DNA of 62,180 nucleotides, counting the filler. It is 3 parts of 3 records of this genome, joined end to end, with 100 filler letters (N's around TTAATTAATTAA, not from the genome) between each part and the next. Parts side by side here need not be neighbours in the genome. Positions count along the whole stretch, not along the records: positions 1 to 28,819 come from DRR378314_1104; 2 more parts are not named here. One strand, given 5' to 3'. The notes beneath the pieces were generated by a model that worked only from the letters and a program-made list of their open reading frames with translations, made no database searches and was not told the DNA's origin. The translations under genes and the position numbers were made by a program. Shown piece by piece: positions 1-13,579 of this stretch; position 1 is the first letter of the stretch, and each line of letters opens with the position of its first letter.

Positions 1-30
1 AACAAAATGGAGGAGAGATAACTATATCCC

Positions 31-1542
31 GTTGCCGCTTCGCTCGGAAGCTACGGCGCGTGCCTCGCGGATGGGTCCGAGTATACGGGCAAGTACACCG
101 CGGAAAATGGAGCCATTCGAGCATTTCACGAAAAACGCATCCGTGCATTCTGTACGCTCCAAGAACTTCCTTTTATTGCGTTCGAGACGGTGCCATCTTT
201 GGTACGTAGGCGCGGTAGACCTGGATGCGCGCTGCACACTGCCACGAGCGCTCCTCGCTCCAGAACTGACTTCCAATAACCTGCCAGCATTTTGCGTTTG
301 TGTACACGCTTTTCTTTGTTTCGAGTCGACTGTCTTCGTATCGATCACACGGGAAACGGGCGGCAATGCCTCGTTTGAAGGACGTTTCTGCCGTGCGCGC
401 CCCGCGCGCTGGCGTTGTATGCCCCTGGGTGAAAGCGTTCCCTCCGAGATCGTCCAACAGCGCTGCTGCGCGCCAGTGTCCCGAATTCCCAACGGTACAG
501 CCCTCTCTGAATCAAAAGGACGATCGCTATGCTTGCCGTGATTGCTCTGCTGGGCAAAGCGGGAAGTGCGTGAGATATGCGCGCTTCTTCGCAGCAGTTT
601 CCCGGAAGTGCAGTCGTGGATATCCCTGTGCTGCCGCTCCGCGACAGAACTCGGCGACGGATCGCCAGTAGCAGAAGCGGTGCGCGAAATCGATGCATCG
701 TCCCAGGTTCGTTTTCCCCACCTTCAATCTACGTGTCGGAACTCTCAGATGCGGGGCTGCTGAACAGTGGCCAAATCGTCAGTGGAACTGTCAGCGCCGG
801 TCTCTCGTCGTAATGAGTGCGTTCTGCGCTGGGTTGTTCTCCTCGCACCGCCGCCTTCCGGGATGTCTGCGGAACACCACTGCAAGATACCATACCAGTC
901 GATGCGGCCGGGTCGGAAATCATGGATCTCCGCCCGTATCCCGAGCACACACAAACGACCTGATTACTCTGTCGCGCTCAGAAAGCTTTCCCATCTTCTC
1001 TTTGCGCGCATCTGATGGAACATGGCTCGCGCGCTGACCCCGTGTGATTTGGCTGCCAAACCGCCTCAAGGTTTTGGCGATTGGCATCAACTGCGTCCCG
1101 CCCGGCATAGTGGAAGATTTTCTCACGCATGCACGACATGCGACGCAGAAGCCTTTGCTCGCATATCCCAACAGTGGTGAGCGATGGGACAACGCAAACG
1201 GACAGGCACGTTCAGCGATGGGGCGAGATCGGCTTGACCGGACGCGCACGCGGACGAATGCAGCGCTCTCGTCAGGCTGGAAGGAAGGTGTACCCGCCCT
1301 CTTTTCTTTACTCCCGGCATGCTCGCGCTCGCCCTCTTCGCGTGCAGTGGCTTCCGCCTTTGGACGGCACTGCCGAAGAAAGCTTCGCAACTCTCGCTCT
1401 GCGGTGGAAAAGCGCCGGTGCGTGCATGATCGGCGGGTGCTGCAGGACCACCCCATCGACCATTCGCGCGCTGCGCACGACATTCCAGCGCACGCGCGAT
1501 TCGACGGAGCAATCGAACCCTCCCAACGACGCCCATGTATGA
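31..1542 (+). CDS. Homocysteine S-methyltransferase (MmuM/HMT family), 5'-truncated, spliced
   Basis: Exons read VAASLGSYGACLADGSEYTGKY...FIAFETVPSL, QSWISLCCRSATELGDG, VLAIGINCVPP...LLAYPNSGERWD and IGGCCRTTP (Zn-binding CC motif). Stop TGA ends at 1542. Confidence 0.93.
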
Positions 1543-1814
1543 ATACCAACCGCATAAGGCGAATACAACGCGCCCTCCCCGCTCGACGCACGAGCTGCGG
1601 CGCGCCGAAAATACAAACACGGATACCCCACCAGCATGCCCCTACAGAGCCGCAAGAGCACGCGACCGGCAAACGTTGTGCCAACGTCTGCTTTCCGAAC
1701 CATGGCGGATGCAGCGTACACAACAACAAACACGCTGCGCAAGGAGCGAAAGAAGATAAAGGACAGTCGCATTCCGTAGCACCATCGCACTAAAGCCCAT
1801 ACTAAGCTACGTTC

Positions 1815-4800
1815 TCATACATAATAGCGCCTGCGAACAGTTGTAGCTCCGCCGATGGGAGGGAAAAACTGGCGGTTCGACCCGATCTTGCCGGTGTACT
1901 GCACCAGTCACAAAACGCACGAGGCACAACCAGCGGCCAACAGAAATAAGCCGGGAGAAGCGAAAGAACGAAAGAAAATAATAATATACATACGCATACG
2001 TGCAAACGCGAATGGCATACACGCGCAAGTAGGCCCGCAAGAAAAGCGACACGCGCGGGTGCGCATATAGCCATCCCATCACTACGCACCTGATACGTTC
2101 CACTTCCGTGCGCTTGGCGCTGAGAGCCCGAGCTTCTACATTGCAGCCAAGGAGCACGTCCCACAGACGACAGCGCAACACCAAATGAAATTTCAATGTT
2201 AGACAAGATACCGTGTGCGAAAGCGATACTATACACGCGCGTGCATACCGAGCACCGCACAGTCTCGCGACGACTCTCGTGCGCCGAAAACGCGGCCAGA
2301 TTCCGGCAATACCATGGAACACGACAACCCGCATGAGCGGCCGCCACGCGCGCGCGCCCGATAGCAACGTACCGAGCACTTCCAGAGCTCATGCGAGCGC
2401 TGCGCCCTCCACTCCGGCGACTCTGCGATGAACGGAAATGCGACGAGGGCACAGTCGCTTCGAGGATCCAGTCGTGCTGCAGCGCGTCCTCGGGCGTGAA
2501 CCTTTCTCTCGGATCCCAGCGCAGGCATCCCTACGCAGGAACCGGCAGCGAAAAAAGAAACGCAAAAAGAGAGATTACAAATCAATCATTAGCAATACAA
2601 CAAACGCCTGCTCCGCACCAGCAGTGGCCCAAAACGTGCGGTAGAACCTGCGCTCATGCGGAACCCCGCAGGTCTCACTTTTGCAGACCGCCACCATCTT
2701 CAGAGACTATAGGGGACAAAGAGTCCGTCTCAACGACCACACATCCCCGCCATGACGTCCGCGCGAGCCACGAAATGGATCGGGTGCCCTAGTACAACCC
2801 AGCGCTGTGCGCGATGGATGTACGTGAAGACTGGACAGCCGTCGCGGATAACGAGATATGCTCATCTTCTCCACGGCAAGCACCACATCCGACAACACAA
2901 CACCCACCCCCGCCCCACCCCACGCGCTGCGACGTTGCAAGATCGCAGCGCACCGCGGGAAAAAAAAAAGAGCTCCACGCAGGCCGCTACGCGGGATGTG
3001 CGCACCTCGAGAAAACTAACAAACATCGGATCGTTACATCGCAGCGCGGCGACGAGGTCCTTCGAGCCTGGCCGCCTCTTTAGACCACGCGAATTCGGGA
3101 AAATCCGTGGACTCCCCGTCGAATCGAAGAACATTTTGCGCCTCGACGCCTGCAAACGTACGCCGAGCGATAGTGTGAGATTGCACGCAAGCCAACGAGC
3201 CTCGCAAGCGCACTGCAACACACGGTACACATCAACGGCCAACACTCCAGCAACGAGCTCTGCGCAGAGGCAAGCGCGCAGCACACACCCTATGACCCGC
3301 TCTGAACAAAACACATCTGCAGCAGCACAACGATGGTCACCATGCCTCCAACTCGCCCCACGAGCGTATGTGCCCAACAAAGCCCCGCGCGTTCGCCGCC
3401 CACGGAAGGACAGTAATCAGATAAACACGAGGGGGCGGGCGAAGGAGAAAGGAAAACCAACAACACCGCCAACAGTCGCCTCTCCAGGTTGTGAAGCAGT
3501 GCGAGGCGCTACTCGCTGCGCGCAGCTTCTTTCTTCGCCGCTGTTCGGCTCGCAGCAACAACATGTGTACTCACACCTCATTTCCCCAGCGCAACGGCGG
3601 TTCTGCAACGGCAACGCTTGTGCGCACTGGCGGAAACACCCTCACGCTAGCACCACAGAAAAAGAGAGTATCACCTCCGGCACACACGACAACATGCAGC
3701 TTCTGCGAGCGTACCAGATCAACAATGTATCGCGATGGAACATCGAGAACTTCCATCATGCATGCCAACTGCTCCATTTCGTTTTCGCCGGGAAACAGCG
3801 GATATCCGGTGTAAAGCTCGGCAAGGATGCAGCCGAAGCTCCACATGTCGATCGCAACATCGTACGGAAGGCCGAGAATCACTTCCGGCGATCGGTAGAA
3901 CCTGCTCTGAATGTACGTGTATACGCGCTCGTCTTCGAAACAGCTGCTTCCAAAATCAATCACCTTGATACTCGACTTATTTGGTTGCCGCAAAAGTATG
4001 TTTTCAGGCTTCAAGTCGCAGTGGATAATGCGTTGCTTGCGCAGATACCGCAGGCTAGTCAGCATCTGAATCGCAAACCTGCGAATAAGGCCAAGCGTCA
4101 GGCCTTGGAAGTTGTTGTTCTTGATGAACTCGTACAAATTGATCGACAAGAGCTCAAAGGTGATACACAGATGGTTGCGGAAGGAGAACGAATCCAGCAT
4201 CTGCACAATATTCGCCGAATCATCCGCATCGTGGTCGCGTAGGTGTTCGAGGATGCGAACCTCGACGACGGCCTGCTGGTGAAAACGCTTGCGATTCCGG
4301 ATGATCTTGAGCGCCACCAGCTTTCCCATCTTATAATCAAAGGCTTTCACCACCTGGCCAAACGATCCTTTTCCCAACGCGGACAGGACTTCGTAGCGGT
4401 ACGCCACATGGTCGTGCTTAACAACAACGTAGTCGCCCCGGTCGTCATCGAATCCGAAATTGTTCCCCGTGTTTTTCGTCGACTGCACCTTTTGCGCGCG
4501 TGGTCCCACAAAGTATATATCCTTGTACTCCATAATCTCAGTCTGCTCATACGGCGTCAGAACATCGCGGTGGGTGGCAAGGGCCTCGGCAGGGTCCAGG
4601 CACGGGTTCTCTTCGCGATCGCCAGTCGCACCGCCGTCGCCCCACTTCAAGTTCCGCCCGTGCGACGACGAGCTCGCGCGCGCCGACATCGCCTTGGGCT
4701 GAGGAGCCTGCGCAGCAACACGCGCGCAGCACCAAACCGCATTCCAGTGCGGCGCAGGCGAGGTAAGGCACAGACAACGGATACCGTGCTCCTACTTCGG

Positions 4801-5911
4801 CAGTAAATACGCGTTGCATACTACGCAACCGCGCAACGTCAAGGCGAACCAAGGAAAACAGAAACACATGCACCGCGGCCAGCCATGCGCAGCGCAGTGC
4901 AAAGATGCGGCACCGCTACAATCCCGGCGCTACCGCAAAGATAGCTGCCTTCCAGAACGGAAACAGAGCGGCGGCGAAAGCATAAACCTCCCCGCTCGCC
5001 GCTGGAATGCGACCCCAGACGAAACATGACACAGTGTCATTTCATAAAGCAGCGGACAGATCCCTCGATCTCCCGGCTAACCGGTCCGCGGCCACCCGCC
5101 CGCTCCCGTACGGCATCGTAGAGCACGCACTTGCCGGTACTAGAAAAAGACCAAGCACTCGGACGCGCACGACGCGCGCCAGCAACCACGCCCCGTACAG
5201 CCACCTCCACGTACACCTCAGGGCAAATCAACAAAAGGCCCGCAATTGCGCAAGTACCGATACGTAACCTTGAAAGTACATACCGCAGTCAGGGGCTTGT
5301 TCGACGGAGCGCGCGCCGTCTGCGCCTCCTCCACCGGCGCGGTGCCGAACCCTTGGAAGGACAGATTCGAGCCAGAAAAATGCGCGTTGCCAGAATGCTT
5401 ATACAGACTGTCCCGCCTGCGCAGCGCGCACCGACAACACCGAGAGCGCCCCCGCAACATAACAACGCCAAGTTAGAGAGAAAAGAATATATTGCATCAC
5501 GCATTCTGCTCATTCCAACCCTTGACACCTACCATGAGAGCAACAAGTACCCGAGCACTACCAGCAGACGGCAGCGTTGACGTTGCGGCCGCGCAGCCCT
5601 CTGCACGCCGGCTCGAGCGTTCCACCTTGCGTGAGACAGCCGCCCGACGGGAGAGCGCCACAGAAACGAATGGCAGACCGGAGCGACAAACGCAGCATAA
5701 CTATCCAAACAATGTATTGTATGAAAAGAGAAAGAGACAACTGAGACACTCAACGTACGCTTTGCGGAAGGAACCCGTGGATGAGCGCTGGCTCTGCGAA
5801 CGGCTTGTGATGGAGGCAAGCTCGTCCTCGCTGCGCTTGACTTTCGTCAGATTCAAGATAGGCAGCGAAGGCTTCTTTGCCACCGTATGTGCCTGTTCAT
5901 TGTTTGAGTTC
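1815..5911 (-). CDS. DYRK2/3/4-class dual-specificity protein kinase, multi-exon; 5' end lies further upstream and is unresolved
   Basis: DH-box [30 protein letters not shown], activation loop [13 protein letters not shown]. Further exons [10 protein letters not shown] (~3150-3007) and [21 protein letters not shown] (~2530-2372), with canonical GT/AG ends. The last exon and stop at 1815 are inferred. Confidence 0.93.
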
Positions 5912-7699
5912 CTGGAATCAATCCCGTAGTCATGCGCATAGAAAATATACATGATTATCGCGTCGTTTGGGAATAAATGGCGAAGTAAACCCTGCAGTGG
6001 GCAGGGCGTGGCCCCTTGCAAGCAGGCGTGAACGGAAAGCACGGGCGGGCCAGCGACCTGCGACCTGGCAGAGCGGCCACCGCCAAGCCGCAACGCGCGA
6101 GGGCACGGGGGCGAAAGGCCGGCTTTTCGCACTGCCCCTCGCGTGCGAAACCTCCGGATCGCTAAGCCTTCTCAGCACATGATCCAACAAAAAAAAGGAT
6201 AGTAGAAAGTCTGCTTGCACCTACATAGGCTCACAAGGGAGAAGAAATATCGCGCACTCGCTACTGCACGGCACAGCTGCAGGCCGCACGCGAATCGCTG
6301 AGGCAGGCAGCACGTGTCCCTTGGACAGCAGCGCTTGCCCACGAGCCACAGGAGCACGTTCGCGCTTTCCCCAATCACGCAAAAGAGCGTGAGCGGCAGC
6401 TGCTTGACGTGAGAAGCGCTCGGCGCTCCGCGTTGCAAAACCGCCATTCCACAAGATCTCGCACTCAGCACGCTACTCGTTTCCACCGCATTAAGAACTG
6501 TGAGAAGAACGGACGCGCGTGTCCCGACGCATAGCATCCGACAAAGCGCGAAAGCGGCTAGTGCGAGCGTCGAGCGCTGTGTGCGCGGGCGCCCAGGTCG
6601 CCAGCGCGCTCATCGCACGCACGCGCATCTTCTGCTGCTCAACGCTGCGCTAGACGCCCCAAGCGCGGCCACGCCCTGGCCCCACGCAGCATTACCGCAA
6701 AATTGGCGCCCCACCAACAGATACATATACATACACAATCAAACTTCCAGCTAGATCCATGGATCAGAAACAACGGGAAACGTGCCAGCAACCGCTCTTT
6801 GGTGTGCGAGCAGCGCCGTGCCGCGAAGCGCAGCTCGCGCGGCACGGCGCTGCTCGCCGGCCGCAGTGGATAACAGAGGATGTATGAAAGCTCAGGCTCA
6901 GGACTGGCGCAGCTACCGCGGAACAGCTCCGCTCCGCGCACACCTTGCACGGTGCAGGGCTTTCGCGCACCACCTGCCGTTGGCCTGGGCCTACCGGACA
7001 CCATGCGACAAGAGACGCGTTTGCTCTACCGCGGAAGAAGTTTTACAAAGTACAGCGCTACCATTCACCAGGGCATTCCGTTGCGTCTCGCAGCCGCATT
7101 CCCGGGAGCACCCGCGTGCACCGCAAGCGCCGCGAACGCGTAGACGGTCGAGAGCGACAGAGCCGTGTCAACACCCCAATAAACAGCAGGCCGACACCGT
7201 AAGCTGTAGAGCTGCGGCGTCGGCATCCAACGAGAAGCCCCACGTACCTTGCCTTTGCAGAAGTATGCAATTTCAGCGATCCACTGGATCGCTTGGAAGT
7301 CGATTTGGGGTGCATTGTAGCGGCACGTTCGACAGCAGCACCGTAAACACTTGCTTTCTGCGGGGGAGAGCCGAGGTGGCGTGTCGCAGGCTGTCGGCCT
7401 GCCACAACCGCGGCGCGCGTGCGACAACTGTCCCGAGCAAAGGACCGTGGAGCTTGCACAGGCTGGTGCTTGCCTCGCCGCAGCACTACTACGCCAGCTC
7501 AAGGGAGCTGCAAACAGCGAATTGCGAAAATGTACAGCTCCCGGATAATGAAGACTCTATTTATCTGGAGCGTGGGATAAGATTCTGCTGGTTTTTTTCA
7601 GGCGGAAGGAGGATCACAGGCGCACGGGAAAAGGCAAAGCTCGCGCACGAAACACCGCCGCTGCAACACGCAGATCCCGAGCAGTAAGGACTTTCCGGC

Positions 7700-9615
7700 A
7701 GAGAAGAGGACGATAAGGCTAGCCCCGTGCCTGACGAAGCAGCAAGCCTTGCAAGCGCGCGGCAGTGCTCAGCAGCGCAAGCTGTGGAAATTACCCCCTA
7801 TTATGTCAACCTTGCCAATACCGCGTGTGGTTCCGCAAACAGCTCTTCCAGTGGAGCAAAGGCGAAACCGCGTTCTGAACCCTACGTGTGTATTCCGATT
7901 TCGCCCTACCATCTCAACCTTTCCAACACCGCAGCCTCCGCAAACGCTGCAGCGAAGCAGCGCGGGAAAACAGCCGCCGAGCACGGTGGCGTGTGGAACG
8001 CAGCGCAGCGCTACCGTACAGGTCCTCGGCCTGACAACGGGCCTTTTCTTTCGGACTTGTAAAAGGATTGCAGTCCCACGAATCCCTTCAGAAAAGAAAC
8101 ATACAGTATGGCCTCACACAGCGCGCAAAATGCACAGGTCAGTGCGAAGCCTGCGCGCCAGCACCACTCCACAGCGACGAAGCACCGTAGCTGGCGGGAT
8201 ATTTCTGCCGCACTCTGGCGCAACTGGCAGCCTCGCGCAGTTTCTTGTGGTGGTGTGGACCTCCGCCTCTTCCTCATGTGTCGTGCATAGCACGTCGGTG
8301 CAGGCGCGCGTATCATTACAGCTATAGCTCCGCCCTTGCCGAGCCGATGTACAGGTTGGCAGATCGAGAGACGACGTCGTGCGCCGTAGCTTTGTACGCT
8401 GCTGGAGCTGGACTCGCCGCAGCGCTCGCTCGCGCGCACCTAGCACAGCTCGGCGTGCCTTCCAAGCTAGCACAGGTATTCTTCGGTGCTGCGTGTTCGG
8501 TGGATGCAGCTTGCCGCACACGATATTTTTAGCCCGCACTGCTGCAATACCGTGTAACGGTGTTCGGACGAGCGGCCATGCTCGGATGTGGCACTGGACA
8601 AAGTGCACCCCGCGCCAACAAACTCTCTCCTGCTGCGCACGCAACGCGCCCATCCGCTCGCTGTTCCCGCGTCTCGATGTCTGACGCAGACTCCGGCCGA
8701 CATTCTGCGCGATCGTCTGGGGAACATTGACCCGTCGCTGGATTTATCCGAAGCAGAATTTGCTGGGTATTTTCCTGTGCGCATGCGGTATGTTACAGCA
8801 TTGAACCCGTCGCTGACGCTCCGTTCTGCTGCTAGTACACGCTGCATTGGCAAAGGCCCCACCTTGCACTTTGCTGAAGCGAGAACTTGACGCTGCCCGG
8901 TGCGAGCACGAGCGCGTCGACCCGCGCGTGCTGCGTGACGAAGTATCCTTTCATTCACTCATGGTCTCGGCCTTTCGTTTTTTTCTTACTCTTTGGTCGC
9001 TCGTCGTGGATGTTAGCCGGAACCCTGTCGTGAGCGAGCTCTATGCCGAGTTTTGTGATTTCCGGGCGACGCTGCGGGAGAGAGTCGGGTCTTCCGTGGA
9101 CCGCATAGACGACCTCTGGCAACAGGAAATGGTGCGTACTCGCCTCGACTCGTCAGCGCGCCCCTCGTTCACCGCAGCGGCTGTTCCGCCCCTTCCACTT
9201 CGTTGTCAAGACAGGGAGCCCTCTGAACAAGTTCTCGTCTACACGTACGTTGTAGGACAATCTATCTGCGTCTTCGGAGCTTGTCCAGGCAATTCGCGAA
9301 CTGGAACATCTGCGTGGCGAGCACGAGGCTGAAGCCGCGCAGCTTCAGCGCGAGTGCGATGCATTGCAGCGACGGCTGGGCAGGTACGCATGGTTTGGCA
9401 GCACCGAGTTTTGCGGGAAATCTTAAAGCGCGAGAGCAATGCAAGTGAATATTTATCTTGTACAACCGCGTTCCCAGTTGCATTCCGCTCGAATATGACG
9501 CCAAGCTGATTTTCTTGTGTATCCGGCCTCACCTGGCCTCGTGCAGCTCTGCGACGCAGTTGGCAACTCTCAAAGTGGCGGGCGCAGTGAAGAGCGTCGA
9601 GACCCAAGCTATCGA
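7700..9615 (+). CDS. Hypothetical multi-exon protein with a tandem peptide repeat and a coiled-coil segment; ends uncertain
   Basis: Exon-like blocks bounded by AG/GT (TPADILRDRLGNIDPSLDL..., NPVVSELYAEFCDFRATLRE..., AIRELEHLRGEHEAEAAQLQRECDALQRRL). No family recognised. Confidence 0.5.
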
Positions 9616-10500
9616 TGTACGTTTTACCAACCGCGTGCTCATATCCCAGTCACGTCGCATACGTTACATAGTAGTTTGAATCGGGGGAAGCATGAAAAAA
9701 ATGACAGCTCAGAAAAAGTGCGGGACGCGCGCCGAGCGTCCGCCGCAGCGTTCAGATTCGCCAAATAGGGAGCTGCTCGCGAGAATACAGATAGAGTCCG
9801 GGGATCGCCGCCCGCGCGCACCATTTCCACGGGGAACATGCCCGCGCTCTATTTGAAAGGGCAAACTTGTTCTTTGTCGCTTATTTGTTCTTCGGTCTGC
9901 TACCATTGTTCCCGTATCAACGTACAAACACAACCAGGATGCTCTTGAATGTGCCCGTGAGCTTGGCCGTGTCGACTAGACCAGCACATCGGGTGAAATG
10001 AAACCCGGCAGGGGACAGTAGCGCAAGTGCAAGTCGGGATACAGCAATGTACCATAGGTTTTCCAGTACTTGAGCCGCGAAAGAAAACAAGATCGTGTAC
10101 TAGTCATGTCCATGCCTCCGGACATTGGCGACTAGTCAGCGCATAGCAGCATCACTGGAAAATGCAAGAAAGAAGAAATCGGAACGAACGTCTGCACCGT
10201 GTGGGGGGGGCAGAAAGTCACACAGCCGCCACAGAAGACTGTATCGAACGGCCGGCCAATGTATTGTTGCATCGTGATCGTACCCCTCAGGATACTCGGC
10301 CAGCTCCCGGCTAAATGTCTATACCTCTATGCGTAGTATCGCGTAATCCCAGCAATAAACAGCCGCGGCACTGCGCGCTGCATCGCCAAACACGAGAACC
10401 TCGAGGCTGCAGCCGCGCAGCTCACACATTCTGTCGCACAAGCAGCCTGCTGGTGGGCCTGTCCGGAACGTCCGCGACAAAACCCAGGACAGAATACCTA

Positions 10501-13500
10501 TTAAAGTCCTTTGTTGTACTCGACCTCGGAGAGCCCCGGATGACGTTCGCGAACAAGCGACCGCAGAGGCTCTTCTAGCTCATTCACCGGCATGCGCCCG
10601 ATCTGCGGGAACAGAGCAATCGCGCCAGGCAGAGCAGCGAGGAAAGCCCCACTGCATACGGCAGCCTGCATCGCACGCCGCAACGCCAAAGACGCACATT
10701 TAAGCGACAGTACAGGTCGCTCATACAGAACTATCGAAAGAATGATCAAAGACGAAAGTATTTGGGAATCACTGCGGCATTGGATGCACGCTAACTCTCG
10801 CAACGTCACGAAGCAAAGGACAAAGAGGACGCCCGCCCCGCACCTTGATCGGAAGTTGGAGCCTCGGATTCCTCGACCAAAAGGAGAATTTCTCCAACAT
10901 GCGAAACACCAATGGCGGTACTGGACATGCATCAATATGCGAAGCAGGCACAATGTCCACCAAGCAATGAAATTCGCGCACGTCAAACGGAAGAAAACGC
11001 AAACACCCACAGCGAAACATGATAGGGCACGTCGCCGCCCACGAAACACACGCTCATTCAAATTTCCTTCGCTAGAGCCATACATACAAAGCGCACTCTG
11101 CAAACATATCTGCACCTATACGGCTATCTTGCTTCATATTTTTACACTTTCTCAATTTGTCAACGTACATACAAGAAGCGGTACAGGAAGCGCTACACGG
11201 GTTATCGCAGTCTCGTTGATCGCGCGGCGCGCCGCCTCGACGGAGACACCAACCGTCTTCCCGTCCGACGTCGTCACATCAATGCCCTTTTGCAGCTCTG
11301 CCGCACGCATGAGACGCACGTTTAACACATTTGCCGACGCCTGGAGTAGGAGTAGTGAAACCAAGTGTACGAAAACTGCCAGGTCAACAAGACGCCCTGA
11401 AGAAGAAAATAGCAGCGTGCAGTCCACAAAACTCGCAGCCCCGCAGCAAAACTGAACCCGAACGATGCCGATACACTGAAAGTGCCATGAACCCAACATG
11501 AAGGCAAGAATTCAGCACAATCGACAACACCGTACAAGCATTCTGCACAATGCAAACTTGTACATCAAATTCTGCCGGCGTACCACAGCGGGAAACGCCA
11601 CAAAGGGCGCGAGACGCGGGGCATAGCGTGCGGCAAGCCGGTTCAGGCCCAGCGCAATCGTCACAGAAGACGTCACCGCAGCCGCGTAGCCGCGGAAGAG
11701 ATCCTTGTCGGACACCGGACTCGTTGCGTTGCGATTCGCATACTGAGCAGCGAAACAGGGCCGGAAGATCATCAAGCGTAAGCTTCACAAAATCACAGAA
11801 ACAGTCTCAACAGCGACGAGGCATGCGATGACCTACAAAATCACTCCTTTTCCCAGACCCCCCAGCGTTGCGAGAGCGATTGGGCTGCAATAAGCCGTTG
11901 CCTGTACACAGCAGATACGTTTTTCCCCGAGCGAAGGCAAAACTGTGGTCAGCGCCTCCCAAACATGCGACACATTGAAATTCTCAACAGAGCGTTAAAA
12001 ATGAAGATGTATCGATAGCAAGTCTGCTCGCCCGCATCGGCGCCGCAGAAGGCAAGCCAGGCGAGTCTCGCTTCCACCGCCATGTAGCTGGGTAAAAGGC
12101 GCAGAACGGCTTCCGCGGGCGACGCCGCTGCGGGTGCACTCTCCTGCGCAAAGCAGCGCGCACAGTTAAGGTTCATCACCACCGTCTTCTATTCGCAAAG
12201 CATCTGAAACATATTACTTGTTCACCCGATTGCACTAAGAAATAGCGATAGAGCGATAGAGTTCGGCCGTGTGAACGCGACCGAGTTCGACGACGAGACG
12301 GAACCTACGTTTACGCCCGCGTTGTGGCTCTGATTTAGCCACTGCCAGAAGACAGTAGAGGCGACAGTCGGATTCGGCAGAAGCATCCCCACCTGCAGGA
12401 AGAGAAAAATGCACCAGCTAATCCACGATGTGAGATCCAAGGAATCTATTTCGACAAGGCACGGCATACACCGCATTTCAGACGATACACGCGCATGGAG
12501 AGGCGTCGGTCAGGACAGTCGCAGCGCACTTTGACGACACCGAGGGTGCAGGAAACCTTTCCCCGCAAACGTACCAGGATAGGAGTTCCAAATGGGACAA
12601 AGCCAGAGAGCCGTAGCTATGTATGCACAACATAGGCAAAACCCAAGAAAGACGAAATCCGAAATTCCCAGGCGTAAGGGGCAGCGGTTAGTATAGCGCA
12701 GTGCGGTTGCCCAACAGCGAGCAACGACTTTGGTGGCTCCAGGCAAAGCTCGCGCCTCTCCTCCTCTGCCAGCGTACCGGCATGAACACCTTCTCGCCCG
12801 TGTCAGGATGAATAATGCCATTGACAATTTTCCGCGCCGCCCATAACTCTTCCGTCGTTCTTCCAGCAGGAACCTGCATCAGCATACCGAACAAGAGAGA
12901 TGGTCAGCGAATTACCCGGCTCGCAACGCAGAATACCGCAACTGAGGAGCGCGACTGGTAAAGCATCAGGCGACGCAAGTAGGGAAGCACGGAGTTCGCT
13001 TGCTCCGCAAAAGGGCGGACCTGGTGACCGTGTGTCTTGAACTCCTCTAATAAGGATTTAGCACGAATAAGCTCTGCACCAAATTGACCAATATAGGAAA
13101 AGAAGAGCGAAGAAAGGGAAATGTTTGCGTGAACCTTCCGCATCAGCAGCAAGCATGCAATGCAGTTGCAACGAAGCACGAGGAGCGGGATGCGAAGCGA
13201 CTGAGCAGACAGCGGGCATGTTTCGCCTTTCCTCGCGGCAGTAACGTATCGTGAACGCGTACAAGTAATGCAACTGCAACCTTGTAAATGTCGCTCTGCG
13301 ACTATCTACACAGGCCGCACAATCGTTTGCGACGAGAAAAGAGAGCGCGAGGCTCTGGAATCCAAATCCGCAGGCTGGAACACCACCGACAGGCGCCTTT
13401 GTTCGGCCAAAATAGGCAGCACGCAACAGGCGCGCGCACAACGCGAGCCCTCACGCACCGTCATCCCGAACCAGCAACAGACGCGGATCAACCATGTTGA

Positions 13501-13579
13501 TAAAATTTCTATAGCGCCCGATGAAGGAAGATGAGTCATAGCGCGGTTCACGCAGCGAAAAAGATTCCCGCTCCGCCAT
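10501..13579 (-). CDS. SFXN: Sideroflexin (mitochondrial tricarboxylate/serine carrier family)
   Basis: Spliced product [33 protein letters not shown]...[13 protein letters not shown]...[11 protein letters not shown]...[20 protein letters not shown]...AIALFPQ...YNKGL*. All introns are GT-AG. Confidence 0.95.

Noticed and set aside
2752-4242. 496-aa plus-strand ORF
   Set aside because: Antisense shadow of the DYRK kinase gene, with no motifs.
7684-7701. Possible ~18-nt micro-intron (gtaagg...ggcag) removing an in-frame TAA
   Set aside because: All other traced introns are far longer. A normal acceptor with an upstream donor explains it equally well.
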